A stretch of DNA of 64,000 bases from Gemmatimonadales bacterium (GTDB taxonomy: Bacteria > Gemmatimonadota > Gemmatimonadetes > Gemmatimonadales > GWC2-71-9). Positions 55,767 through 64,000 of this stretch are shown in pieces. Positions within the stretch are counted from its first letter, which is position 1; each line of letters starts with the position of its first letter. Both the position numbers and the translations under genes were made by a program. The notes under the pieces are model-generated. The model was not told the origin of the DNA and ran no database searches. It saw only the letters and a program-made list of their open reading frames with translations. The stretch lies in NCBI GenBank assembly GCA_037189525.1, contig JBBCJC010000005.1:896001-960000 (forward strand), read 5' to 3'.

Positions 55767-57983
55767 ATGGGCGGATCCGCCGTCGGGACCGCGGCGAGCG
55801 AGGGAGTGCTCGACGAGTTCACCTACGATGACGCCATCGTCCGGAAGTTCCTCATAGCGACGGTCGTATGGGGCTTGGTGGGCATGCTGGCCGGATTGCT
55901 GGTGGCGCTGCAGATGGCCAATCCCGCTTTCAACCTGGGGATCGAGTGGACCTCCTTCGGTCGACTCCGCCCGCTGCACACCAACGCGGTCATCTTCGCC
56001 TTCGGTGGGAACGCCTTCTTCACCGGCGCCTACTACTCGACCCAACGGCTCCTCAAAGCGCGGATGTGGTCGGACGGGATGTCCAAGTTCCACTTCTGGG
56101 GCTGGCAGGCCATCATCGTGGCCGCGGCGCTGACCCTTCCCCTCGGCATGACCCAGGCGAAGGAGTATGCGGAGCTGGAGTGGCCGATCGACATCGCGAT
56201 TGCCGTGGTATGGGTGGTCTTCGCGGTGAACTTCATGATGACGATGATTCACCGCCGCGAACGCCATCTCTACGTCGCGATCTGGTTTTATGTCGCGAGC
56301 ATCATCACGGTTGCCATCCTGCACATCTTCAACAACCTGTCGATTCCGGCGGCCGGACACTTCAAGAGTTACTCGCTCTACGCCGGGGTCCAGGACGCTT
56401 TCATGCAATGGTGGTACGGCCACAATGCCGTCGCCTTCTTCCTGACGACGCCATTCCTCGGCCTGATGTACTACTTCATGCCGAAGGCCGCGGAGGGGCC
56501 GGTCTTTTCCTACCGGCTCTCCATTCTGCATTTCTGGTCGCTGGTCTTCATCTATATCTGGGCCGGCCCGCACCACCTGCACTACACCTCGTTGCCGGAG
56601 TGGGCCTCCACGCTCGGGATGCTCTTCTCGGTCATGTTGTGGGCCCCGAGCTGGGGCGGCATGATCAACGGCCTGCTCACCTTGCGTGGCGCCTGGCACA
56701 AGGTCATCGACGACCCGATCCTCAAGTTCTTCGTCGTCGGCATCACGGCGTACGGGATGAGCACGTTCGAAGGACCGATGCTCTCGATCAAGAGCGTCAA
56801 CGCACTGGCCCACTACACCGATTGGATCATCGCGCACGTCCACACCGGCGCGCTCGGCTGGAACGGCTTCATCACCTTCGGCATGGTCTACTGGCTCCTG
56901 CCGAGACTGTTCCAGGCCCCGCTCCATTCGAAGAAACTGGCGGAGGCCCATTTCTGGATCGGCACCCTGGGCATCATCCTCTATGTCCTCGCGATCTACT
57001 CGGCCGGCGTGACGCAGGGCCTGATGTGGCGCGCGTTCGATGATACCGGGCGGCTCACCTACCCCGATTTCGTCGAGACCGTGGTCAGGCTGATCCCGAT
57101 GTACTGGGTCCGCGTCGCGGGCGGCTCGCTCTATATCGTCGGCGTCGTCCTGCTGCTCTACAACGTGATCATGACGTGGCGGAAGCGGCCGGTCCGGTAC
57201 GAGGTCCCGATCATCCGCGCGGCGCCGTTGGCGCCGAAATTCACGGCCCCCGAAGCGGCCCCGGTTGCCGGCGGCCTGCTGGCGCGGTTCCGTTCGCTGG
57301 CCTTCCATCGCCGGTGGGAACGGATGCCGGTGCTCTTCACGGTGCTGACCACTCTGGCCGTGATCATCGCGTCGCTGTTCGAAATTCTGCCGACCTTTCT
57401 GATCCGGTCGAACGTGCCGACGATCGCATCGGTCAAGCCGTACACCCCGCTCGAGCTGTATGGCCGCGACATCTATATCCGCGAAGGGTGCTTCAACTGC
57501 CATTCGCAGCAGATCCGTCCGCTCCGCTACGAAACCGAGCGCTACGGCGAGTACAGCAAGCCGGGCGAAGCGGTGTACGAGCATCCCTTCCTCTGGGGCT
57601 CGCGACGGATCGGTCCGGACCTGGCACGCACCGGCGGCAAGTATCCCAATCTGTGGCACGTCCGGCATTTCGAGAATCCGCAGGAGATCGCGGCCGGATC
57701 GATCATGCCGTCGTACCGCCACTTCAGTACCCGCAGCATCGACTGGGATGTGCTCGGCAAGCGGGTCGGCACCATGGCAATGCTCGGCGTGCCCTACGGT
57801 GATGCCGTGACCCAGGCTGCCCCGATGGCCAAGGCGCAGGCGGAAACGATCGCCCGCGATATCGAAGCGGCTGGCGGCCCCAAGGCGCTGGGCGACAAAG
57901 AGATGGTCGCGATCATCGCATACATGCAGCGGCTCGGTCGTGACATCACGGCCGGCAGCTCCGCAACGGCGGGTGCCCCGTGA
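55767..57983 (+). CDS. ccoNO: cbb3-type cytochrome c oxidase, fused subunits I/II
   Basis: AAGGAG RBS; RLRPLHTNAVIF, QWWYGHNAV, WAGPHH and IIAHVH, then REGCFNCHSQ and WGSRRIGPDLAR. Confidence 0.96.
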   Translation: MGGSAVGTAASEGVLDEFTYDDAIVRKFLIATVVWGLVGMLAGLLVALQMANPAFNLGIEWTSFGRLRPLHTNAVIFAFGGNAFFTGAYYSTQRLLKARMWSDGMSKFHFWGWQAIIVAAALTLPLGMTQAKEYAELEWPIDIAIAVVWVVFAVNFMMTMIHRRERHLYVAIWFYVASIITVAILHIFNNLSIPAAGHFKSYSLYAGVQDAFMQWWYGHNAVAFFLTTPFLGLMYYFMPKAAEGPVFSYRLSILHFWSLVFIYIWAGPHHLHYTSLPEWASTLGMLFSVMLWAPSWGGMINGLLTLRGAWHKVIDDPILKFFVVGITAYGMSTFEGPMLSIKSVNALAHYTDWIIAHVHTGALGWNGFITFGMVYWLLPRLFQAPLHSKKLAEAHFWIGTLGIILYVLAIYSAGVTQGLMWRAFDDTGRLTYPDFVETVVRLIPMYWVRVAGGSLYIVGVVLLLYNVIMTWRKRPVRYEVPIIRAAPLAPKFTAPEAAPVAGGLLARFRSLAFHRRWERMPVLFTVLTTLAVIIASLFEILPTFLIRSNVPTIASVKPYTPLELYGRDIYIREGCFNCHSQQIRPLRYETERYGEYSKPGEAVYEHPFLWGSRRIGPDLARTGGKYPNLWHVRHFENPQEIAAGSIMPSYRHFSTRSIDWDVLGKRVGTMAMLGVPYGDAVTQAAPMAKAQAETIARDIEAAGGPKALGDKEMVAIIAYMQRLGRDITAGSSATAGAP

Positions 57984-58207
57984 AGCTCTCCGATATCGTA
58001 GGTAATGCCGGCCTTTCGGCCTATGCCGAGGTAGCGCTGGTGTTCTTCCTGATCGCGTTCGGGCTGATCGTCTGGTGGGTCTTTCGCCCCTCGGCCCGCT
58101 CCCGATGGCAGGAGGACAAGATGATTCCGCTCGACGACGGCCGGAACGGGACCGTCCCGAACGGTACGACACCGAACCACTCCAGGACCCCGGCGAGGCA
58201 CGGATGA
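57980..58207 (+). CDS. ccoQ: cbb3 oxidase small subunit
   Basis: Single TM plus IPLDD; lies between ccoO and ccoP. Confidence 0.8.
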   Translation: MKLSDIVGNAGLSAYAEVALVFFLIAFGLIVWWVFRPSARSRWQEDKMIPLDDGRNGTVPNGTTPNHSRTPARHG

Positions 58208-58758
58208 GCGACAAGGATCGGTTGGTCGAGCACGAATATGACGGCATCCAAGAGTACGACAATCCGATGCCGCGGTGGTGGGTCACCATCTTCTGGGTCA
58301 CCATTGCGTACTCGATCGTCTACGCCCTCAACCTCGGCGGCCTCGGCAGCGGCAAAGGCCGAGTCGCCGAATACGAATCGGACATGGCAGCCTGGCGCGA
58401 GGCGCACCCACAGGGCCCGGGCCCGGCCGATCCCGCCGCGCTCCTTGCCATGGCCGAGGATCCCGCCGCCATGGCAGAGGGCAATACGATCTACCAGCGC
58501 TATTGCGCCGCCTGCCACGTGGCCGACGGCGGCGGACTGATCGGCCCCAACCTGACCGACGATTACTGGCTGCACGGCGGCAGCATCGATAGCGTCCACG
58601 CCGTGATCGTCGAAGGGGTCCTGGCCAAGGGCATGCCGCCCTGGGGCAAGACGCTGAATGCTGCGCAGGTCAATCAGGTCACCGCGTACGTCTGGGCGCT
58701 GCACGGCACCACGCCCAAGCAGGCCAAGGCCCCCCAGGGAGTGCGCGTCCCCAGGTGA
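58204..58758 (+). CDS. ccoP: cbb3 oxidase subunit III (mono-heme)
   Basis: HEYDGIQEYDNPMPRWW, a single CAACH, GPNLTD and GMPPW motifs. Confidence 0.9.
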   Translation: MSDKDRLVEHEYDGIQEYDNPMPRWWVTIFWVTIAYSIVYALNLGGLGSGKGRVAEYESDMAAWREAHPQGPGPADPAALLAMAEDPAAMAEGNTIYQRYCAACHVADGGGLIGPNLTDDYWLHGGSIDSVHAVIVEGVLAKGMPPWGKTLNAAQVNQVTAYVWALHGTTPKQAKAPQGVRVPR

Positions 58759-60161
58759 GCACGAACGCCCCCGCGCCTGCCGGACGAGTCCTCCCGACCC
58801 TCAACGAGGACGGGAGCCGCAACTGGCTCCGCCCCAAGCCCTCTCCGGGACGCTGGTGGCACCGGCGGCGCGTCGTGGCGTACCTGTTGATGATCACGTT
58901 CATCGCGCTGCCGCATCTCAAGATCAACGGCAAACCCGCGATTCTGCTCGACGCTCCTCGGCGCGAGTTTACCCTGTTCGGCACCACCTTCCTGCCGACC
59001 GACACACTGCTGCTGATGCTCCTGCTCGCGAGCATCGTGATTGCCGTGTTCCTCTTCTCGGCGCTGTTCGGGCGGGTCTGGTGCGGCTGGGGTTGTCCGC
59101 AGACCATTTACCTCGAATTCCTGTACCGTCCCATCGAACGCCTGATCGAAGGCGGCCGAGGCGGCTCGCTTCGGCTCGATCGCAGCAAGGGACACTTCCA
59201 CCCGCGCCGGTTGCTCAAGTACGGGATCTACCTCGTACTGTCCCTGCTGCTGGCGCACACGTTCCTGGCCTACTTCGTCGGTGTCGATGCGCTGGCCGAA
59301 TGGGTCAGGCTCTCACCCCGTGAGCACCCGATCCCGTTCCTGGTCATGGCCGTAACCACGGGGCTCGTCTTTACGGACTTCACCTGGTTCCGTGAACAGA
59401 CCTGCCTGATCGCGTGTCCCTATGGACGGTGGCAGGCTGCGCTGCTCGATCGGCAGTCGCTGGTCGTCGCGTACGACTACAATCGCGGTGAGCCGCGGGG
59501 CCGCGGCAAGGTGCGCAGCGAAGGCGCGGGTGATTGCATCGACTGCGTGGCTTGCGTCACGACCTGCCCCACCGGTATCGATATCCGGAACGGGCTCCAG
59601 ATGGAATGCGTCCATTGCACCCAGTGCATCGATGCCTGCGACAGCATCATGGCGCAGGTCGGGAAGCCCCCCGGCCTGATCCGGTACGCTACCCAGGATG
59701 CGTTGGCCGGCAAGCCCGCGAAACGGCTCCGGCCCCGGGTCATCATCTACCCGCTGGTGCTGGCGCTCTTCCTTGGCGCCTTCGTCGTCGTGCTGGGCAC
59801 CCGATCGAGCGCCGACATCACGCTGCTGCGCAGCACCGGCGAGCCCTTCCAGCTGGACGCCGAGGGCCGCGTTACCAATCAGATCCGAATTCGGATTGCC
59901 AATCGCAGTCAGCAGGATCGGAGCTACGACATCGTCGTCGATGGAGCCGAGATGGGCACTGTCATCGCTCCCGAGAGTCCGCTCAGCATCGAGTCCAACA
60001 AGCTGCGCACCACCAGCGTCTTCATCCTGCTGCCGCGCGAGGCATTCACCCAGGGGCGTCGTGATGTGACCGTACGGATCAGCGACGGTAAAGGGCTCGA
60101 TCAGCGGCTCCCCTTCAATCTGCTCGGTCCGACCGACACCACCGGAGGCCTCGAACCATGA
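58755..60161 (+). CDS. ccoG: Cytochrome c oxidase accessory ferredoxin-like protein
   Basis: GRVWCGWGCPQT, CPYGR, CIDCVACVTTCPTGIDIR and CVHCTQCIDAC motifs. Confidence 0.94.
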   Translation: MSTNAPAPAGRVLPTLNEDGSRNWLRPKPSPGRWWHRRRVVAYLLMITFIALPHLKINGKPAILLDAPRREFTLFGTTFLPTDTLLLMLLLASIVIAVFLFSALFGRVWCGWGCPQTIYLEFLYRPIERLIEGGRGGSLRLDRSKGHFHPRRLLKYGIYLVLSLLLAHTFLAYFVGVDALAEWVRLSPREHPIPFLVMAVTTGLVFTDFTWFREQTCLIACPYGRWQAALLDRQSLVVAYDYNRGEPRGRGKVRSEGAGDCIDCVACVTTCPTGIDIRNGLQMECVHCTQCIDACDSIMAQVGKPPGLIRYATQDALAGKPAKRLRPRVIIYPLVLALFLGAFVVVLGTRSSADITLLRSTGEPFQLDAEGRVTNQIRIRIANRSQQDRSYDIVVDGAEMGTVIAPESPLSIESNKLRTTSVFILLPREAFTQGRRDVTVRISDGKGLDQRLPFNLLGPTDTTGGLEP

Positions 60162-60721
60162 GCCGCCTGTTCCGTAAAGACCGGATCTGGCCCGCAGCCA
60201 TTACCCTCGTGTTGCTGGGTAACGTGGCCCTCGGCGTCACCCTGATCCGGGTCGCCTCGGCCGACCCGCACTTTGCCGTCGAGCCCGACTACTACCGCCG
60301 GGCCGTGGGGTGGGACACGACCCAGGCGCAGGTCCGCCGCTCGGCAGCACTCGGCTGGCAGGTCCATCCGACCCTGGCCCCGGTCTCCGGCGATTCGACC
60401 CCGCTGGTCATCCTGCTCACCGACCGGGATGGCGCGCCGCTCGATTCGGCGCAAATCGAGATCGTGGCCCGGCCCGTGGCCCATGCGGACCGGACCGTTT
60501 CCGGTACACCGACCGCATACGGAGCCGGGAGATACACCGCAACCATGGCAATCGATCGCCCGGGTCTGTGGGAAGTGACCGTCACCGTCGACCACGCCGG
60601 CGAGCGGCTGGTTGCGCCGCTCCGCATCGATGCCCGTCCGGATGCCATCGGGACGCTGATCACCAGCCGCCCGGGCCAGCCGGACCCGGCGCGCGTCGCC
60701 GCTGGACTCCGGCGGGAGTAG
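60158..60721 (+). CDS. ccoH: FixH/CcoH family protein
   Basis: N-terminal TM, VEPDYY and PGLWE motifs; position in the operon. Confidence 0.78.
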   Translation: MSRLFRKDRIWPAAITLVLLGNVALGVTLIRVASADPHFAVEPDYYRRAVGWDTTQAQVRRSAALGWQVHPTLAPVSGDSTPLVILLTDRDGAPLDSAQIEIVARPVAHADRTVSGTPTAYGAGRYTATMAIDRPGLWEVTVTVDHAGERLVAPLRIDARPDAIGTLITSRPGQPDPARVAAGLRRE

Positions 60722-60723
60722 CC

Positions 60724-61437
60724 GTGACCACCCTCGCCTTTGCCGTGCTCGGCGCTTCGCTGCTCGGCAGCGTGCACTGTGCCGCAATGTGCGGGGCGTT
60801 TACCTATCTCTATACCGACCCGGGTCGCCAGGGTCGAGCCGCCCTAAACCATCATGCCGCCTACAATCTGGGGCGGCTGGCTTCGTACCTCCTGCTCGGC
60901 GTGACGGCCGGCGCAGCGGGTGCGCGGCTCGGGCCGGTAGCCGCGCTGGTGACCGGTCTCCTTCTGGTCGGCTGGGGCATCCATGCCCTGCTCCGCGCCA
61001 AGGGCGTCAGACTCGGCGCCCCCCGGGTGCCCGAGGTCTGGCAGCGCGCCATGGGCAGTGTGCTGCTCAGGTTCCGGAACCGTCCGCCCGCGCTGCGCGC
61101 CGCGGCCACCGGACTCGCGACCACACTGCTGCCCTGCGGCTGGATGTGGGCGTTCGTGACCGTGGCCGCGGGAACCGGATCAGCGCTGACGGCCGCTCTC
61201 GTGATGACGATGTTCTGGGCCGGCACACTGCCCATGATGCTCACCATCGGCGCCGCTGCCCAGCGACTGACCGGGCGGTACCGCACCCGACTTCCGCTCG
61301 TGAGCGCCGCGGTCATCATCCTGCTCGGGTTGACCTCGATCGCGCTGCACTTCGGCGTCCTGCCAGGCGGAGACGCGCTGCACCGTCTGCTGCCACCGGT
61401 ACCCGGCTTCGAAGCCGCCCACCATCATGGCACCTGA
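60724..61437 (+). CDS. DsbD_2 / TauE-SafE-like membrane protein (cbb3 assembly)
   Basis: GSVHCAAMCG, YNLGRLASY, LLPCG and FWAGTLP motifs. Confidence 0.85.
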   Translation: MTTLAFAVLGASLLGSVHCAAMCGAFTYLYTDPGRQGRAALNHHAAYNLGRLASYLLLGVTAGAAGARLGPVAALVTGLLLVGWGIHALLRAKGVRLGAPRVPEVWQRAMGSVLLRFRNRPPALRAAATGLATTLLPCGWMWAFVTVAAGTGSALTAALVMTMFWAGTLPMMLTIGAAAQRLTGRYRTRLPLVSAAVIILLGLTSIALHFGVLPGGDALHRLLPPVPGFEAAHHHGT

Positions 61438-63907
61438 CGTGAGCGCGACCATCGGCATGCCGTGCGCCCATTGCGGCCTTGCGGTTCCTCCCGACGCCGT
61501 CCGCGCGGACGACCAGCCGTCGTTCTGCTGCGCCGGCTGCGCAACGGCCTGGGATATCCTCCACGCCGGAGGGCTCGAGCGGTACTACGAGCTGAGTGAA
61601 CGGCGCGGAACGGCCGTGGCCAGCAGTGGGCGGAGCTACGACGAGTTCGATCACCCGGCCTTCGAAGAACTGTACGTTCGTCGCGATGCCGACGGCACCG
61701 CCAGCGCCGAGCTGTATCTCGAAGGAGTCCACTGCGCCAGCTGCGTCTGGCTGGTCGAACGGGTTCCGCTGCTCGTCCCGGGTACGCTGAGCGTCGAACT
61801 GGATGTCCGCCGGGCCCTGGCGCGGGTGCGCTGGTCTCCCGAACAATCGGCACTCTCCACCATCGCGCAGACGCTCGATCGGCTCGGCTATCCGCCCCAT
61901 CCGTTCCGCGGCGTCGCCCGCGAGACGATGCGCCGGCGCGAGGACCGGGCAGCCCTGGTCCGGATCGGGGTTGCCGGCGCCATTGCGGGCAACGTGATGC
62001 TCCCTGCGCTCGCGCTCTACTCGGGAGAGTTTCACGGCATGGAAGAGGCCTATCTCGGCCTGTTCCGGTGGGTGTCGCTCCTGCTGACCATCCCGGCGTT
62101 CCTCTTCCCGGGTCGCGTCTTCTTTACCGGCGCGCTCGCGTCCCTGCGCACCAGGTCATTGCACATGGACCTGCCGATCGCCATTGCTCTGGCCGCCGGG
62201 TTCATTCGCGGAGCCATCAATACCATCACCGACAGCGGGCCGATCTACTTCGACGGGCTGACCATCCTGATCTTTGCGCTGCTTGCCGGGCGATACCTCC
62301 AGCAGCGCGGCCAGCGCGCCGCCACCGATGCTTCCGAGTTACTCTTCTCGCTCGCTCCCAGTGTCGCGCGTGTCGTCGCCGCTGATGGCACCGAGCGGGA
62401 ACTGCCGGCGGTCGCTCTGCTGCCCGACATGGAAATTCTGGTCCGCGCCGGAGAAACCTTCCCCGCCGACGGGCTCATCTCCTCCGGCGCCACGACAGTA
62501 AATGCTGCGCTGCTGACGGGCGAATCCGAACCGATCCGAACCGGGCTCGGCGATCGTGTCTATGCCGGCACCCTCAACGTCGCCGCTCCGGTCCGGGTTC
62601 GTGTCGAAGCCGCCGGTAGCGGTTCTCGGCTCGCCCGCCTGCTCCGCCAGGTCGAAGATAGTGCCTCGCGCCGAGCGCCCGTCATCGCATTTGCCAACCG
62701 GCTCTCCGGCATCTTCATCGCCGTCGTGCTGGCCCTGGCTACTATCACGTTCCTGATCTGGCTGCCCCGTGATGCGGCCGCCGCCTGGGACTACGCCATT
62801 GCGCTGCTGATCGTCACCTGTCCCTGCGCGTTGGCCCTGGCGACCCCGCTGGCCGTAACCGTCGCCGTCGGACGCGCTGCCGGCCAGGGGATCTACATCA
62901 AGGGCGGCGACGCGCTCGAGCAGCTGGCGACTCCCGGAGAACTGATCCTCGACAAGACCGGCACCCTGACCGAAGGGCAGACGACGCTGGTCGAGTGGTA
63001 CGGCGACCCGGCTGCACAGGAACTCGTGCTGGCCCTCGAAGCTGGATCGTCCCATCCGATTGCCGATGGCTTCCGGCGCGCTTGGACTGCCGCGCCCCGA
63101 CAGGACGCGACCGACATCACCCATGTCACCGGCGGCGGGATCATGGGCACTGTCGACGGACGCCAGGTGGTGCTCGGCTCACCCGCCTTCGTCGCGCGAC
63201 ATGCGCCGGACAGCGAGCGCTGGCTGCGCATGCTGACCCAGCCGACGCTGACACCGGTGCTGGTCGCGGTCGACGGACGCGTGGTGGCGGTAGCGGGCCT
63301 GGGCGATCGGATCCGAACGGACGCCCAGGCCGCGCTGACGGCCCTCCGCGAGCGCGGCTGGCGCACCCTGCTGCTCTCGGGCGACGATCCCAGGGTTGCC
63401 AACGCCGTCGGCGCCACGCTCGGTTTTGCGCCCGACCAGATCATCGGCGGTGCTACGCCGGAAACGAAACAGGCTGTGGTCGAAGCCCGCCGGCGGTCCA
63501 GCGGACGGACGGTCGTGATGGTGGGCGACGGCGTCAACGACGCCGCGGCCATTGCGGCGGCCGATGTGGGAATCGGCGTCCACGGAGGCGCCGAAGCATC
63601 GTTGTCCAGCGCCGATGCCTACCTGACGACGCCAGGTTTGACGCCGCTGGTGGAGTTGGTCGACGGGAGCGCCCGCACCATGCGGGTCATCAAGCGGAAC
63701 ATCACGTTCGCACTGGGCTACAATGCGCTCGGGGTGCTGTTTGCCATGACTGGCTTTCTGTCACCGCTCGTGGCATCGATTCTGATGCCGGCTTCGTCCA
63801 TAACGGTCGTCACAGCCAGTTGGTTCGGGCGGACGTTCGGGCAGCGGAAGCCTGCAGACACGATCGAGCCGCTGAGTCGCCCTTCTCACCTGGCGGAGGC
63901 TGCATGA
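61427..63907 (+). CDS. ccoI: Cu-translocating P1B-type ATPase for cbb3 assembly
   Basis: CAHC...FCCAGC, HCASC, TGES, CPC, DKTGT and GDGVND motifs. Confidence 0.93.
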   Translation: MAPDVSATIGMPCAHCGLAVPPDAVRADDQPSFCCAGCATAWDILHAGGLERYYELSERRGTAVASSGRSYDEFDHPAFEELYVRRDADGTASAELYLEGVHCASCVWLVERVPLLVPGTLSVELDVRRALARVRWSPEQSALSTIAQTLDRLGYPPHPFRGVARETMRRREDRAALVRIGVAGAIAGNVMLPALALYSGEFHGMEEAYLGLFRWVSLLLTIPAFLFPGRVFFTGALASLRTRSLHMDLPIAIALAAGFIRGAINTITDSGPIYFDGLTILIFALLAGRYLQQRGQRAATDASELLFSLAPSVARVVAADGTERELPAVALLPDMEILVRAGETFPADGLISSGATTVNAALLTGESEPIRTGLGDRVYAGTLNVAAPVRVRVEAAGSGSRLARLLRQVEDSASRRAPVIAFANRLSGIFIAVVLALATITFLIWLPRDAAAAWDYAIALLIVTCPCALALATPLAVTVAVGRAAGQGIYIKGGDALEQLATPGELILDKTGTLTEGQTTLVEWYGDPAAQELVLALEAGSSHPIADGFRRAWTAAPRQDATDITHVTGGGIMGTVDGRQVVLGSPAFVARHAPDSERWLRMLTQPTLTPVLVAVDGRVVAVAGLGDRIRTDAQAALTALRERGWRTLLLSGDDPRVANAVGATLGFAPDQIIGGATPETKQAVVEARRRSSGRTVVMVGDGVNDAAAIAAADVGIGVHGGAEASLSSADAYLTTPGLTPLVELVDGSARTMRVIKRNITFALGYNALGVLFAMTGFLSPLVASILMPASSITVVTASWFGRTFGQRKPADTIEPLSRPSHLAEAA

Positions 63908-64000
63908 GCATCCTGTTCCTGGTCCTACCGCTGGCGATCGTCATTGCCGGGATAGCGGTATGGGCCTACGTCTGGTCGGCGCGGGAGGGGCAGTTTGACG
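63904..64000 (+). CDS. ccoS: cbb3 oxidase maturation protein (partial)
   Basis: Manual translation MSILFLVLPLAIVIAGIAVWAYVWSAREGQFD, with the GQFD motif. Confidence 0.88.
   Translation, partial: MSILFLVLPLAIVIAGIAVWAYVWSAREGQFD

Noticed and set aside
55689..58304. 871-aa minus-strand ORF
   Set aside because: Antisense shadow of ccoNO-Q.
1..64000. CRISPR arrays, tRNA/rRNA, riboswitches, prophage
   Set aside because: None recognised by eye. The intergenic gaps are short and show no repeat-spacer pattern; a covariance-model search would be needed to exclude small RNAs.

Overview
High-GC bacterial chromosomal window. The gene content suggests Gemmatimonadota, but that is inference only. Left to right: (1) a divergent Pho-regulon island: adenosine deaminase, a small beta-grasp-like protein and a secreted 5'-nucleotidase on the minus strand; arsR-phoB-phoR, a porin, pstSCAB1B2, phoU and ppx on the plus strand, with 11-bp-periodic Pho-box-like repeats. 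(2) A long stretch of peptide, amino-acid and nucleoside scavenging genes: proline-racemase family plus SDR, two S9 peptidases, D-aminoacylase, deoC plus ALDH16-like, serine hydrolases, Rid proteins, SdpR/SdpI, a VapBC toxin-antitoxin pair and a decayed ABC permease. (3) Secreted and outer-membrane proteins, including an Ig-repeat lipoprotein. (4) An unusual chemosensory cluster: REC-CheX regulator, CheA with an MshEN-like insert and two CheW domains, CheW, a His-bearing 4-TM protein, a soluble Aer2-like PAS receptor, a pseudogenised ABC1/UbiB kinase, CheY, CheB, CheR and CheX. (5) A divergent cbb3-type oxidase operon (ccoNO-Q-P-G-H, DsbD-like, ccoI, ccoS). The best candidate for an undescribed system is the putative O2/redox- and c-di-GMP-linked chemosensory cluster with its embedded ABC1 kinase and membrane protein. 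Next are ArsR-controlled PhoBR and the nucleotidase-Ubl-deaminase operon. No rRNA, tRNA, CRISPR array or transposase was recognised. All family calls come from motif recognition by eye; no database searches were run.
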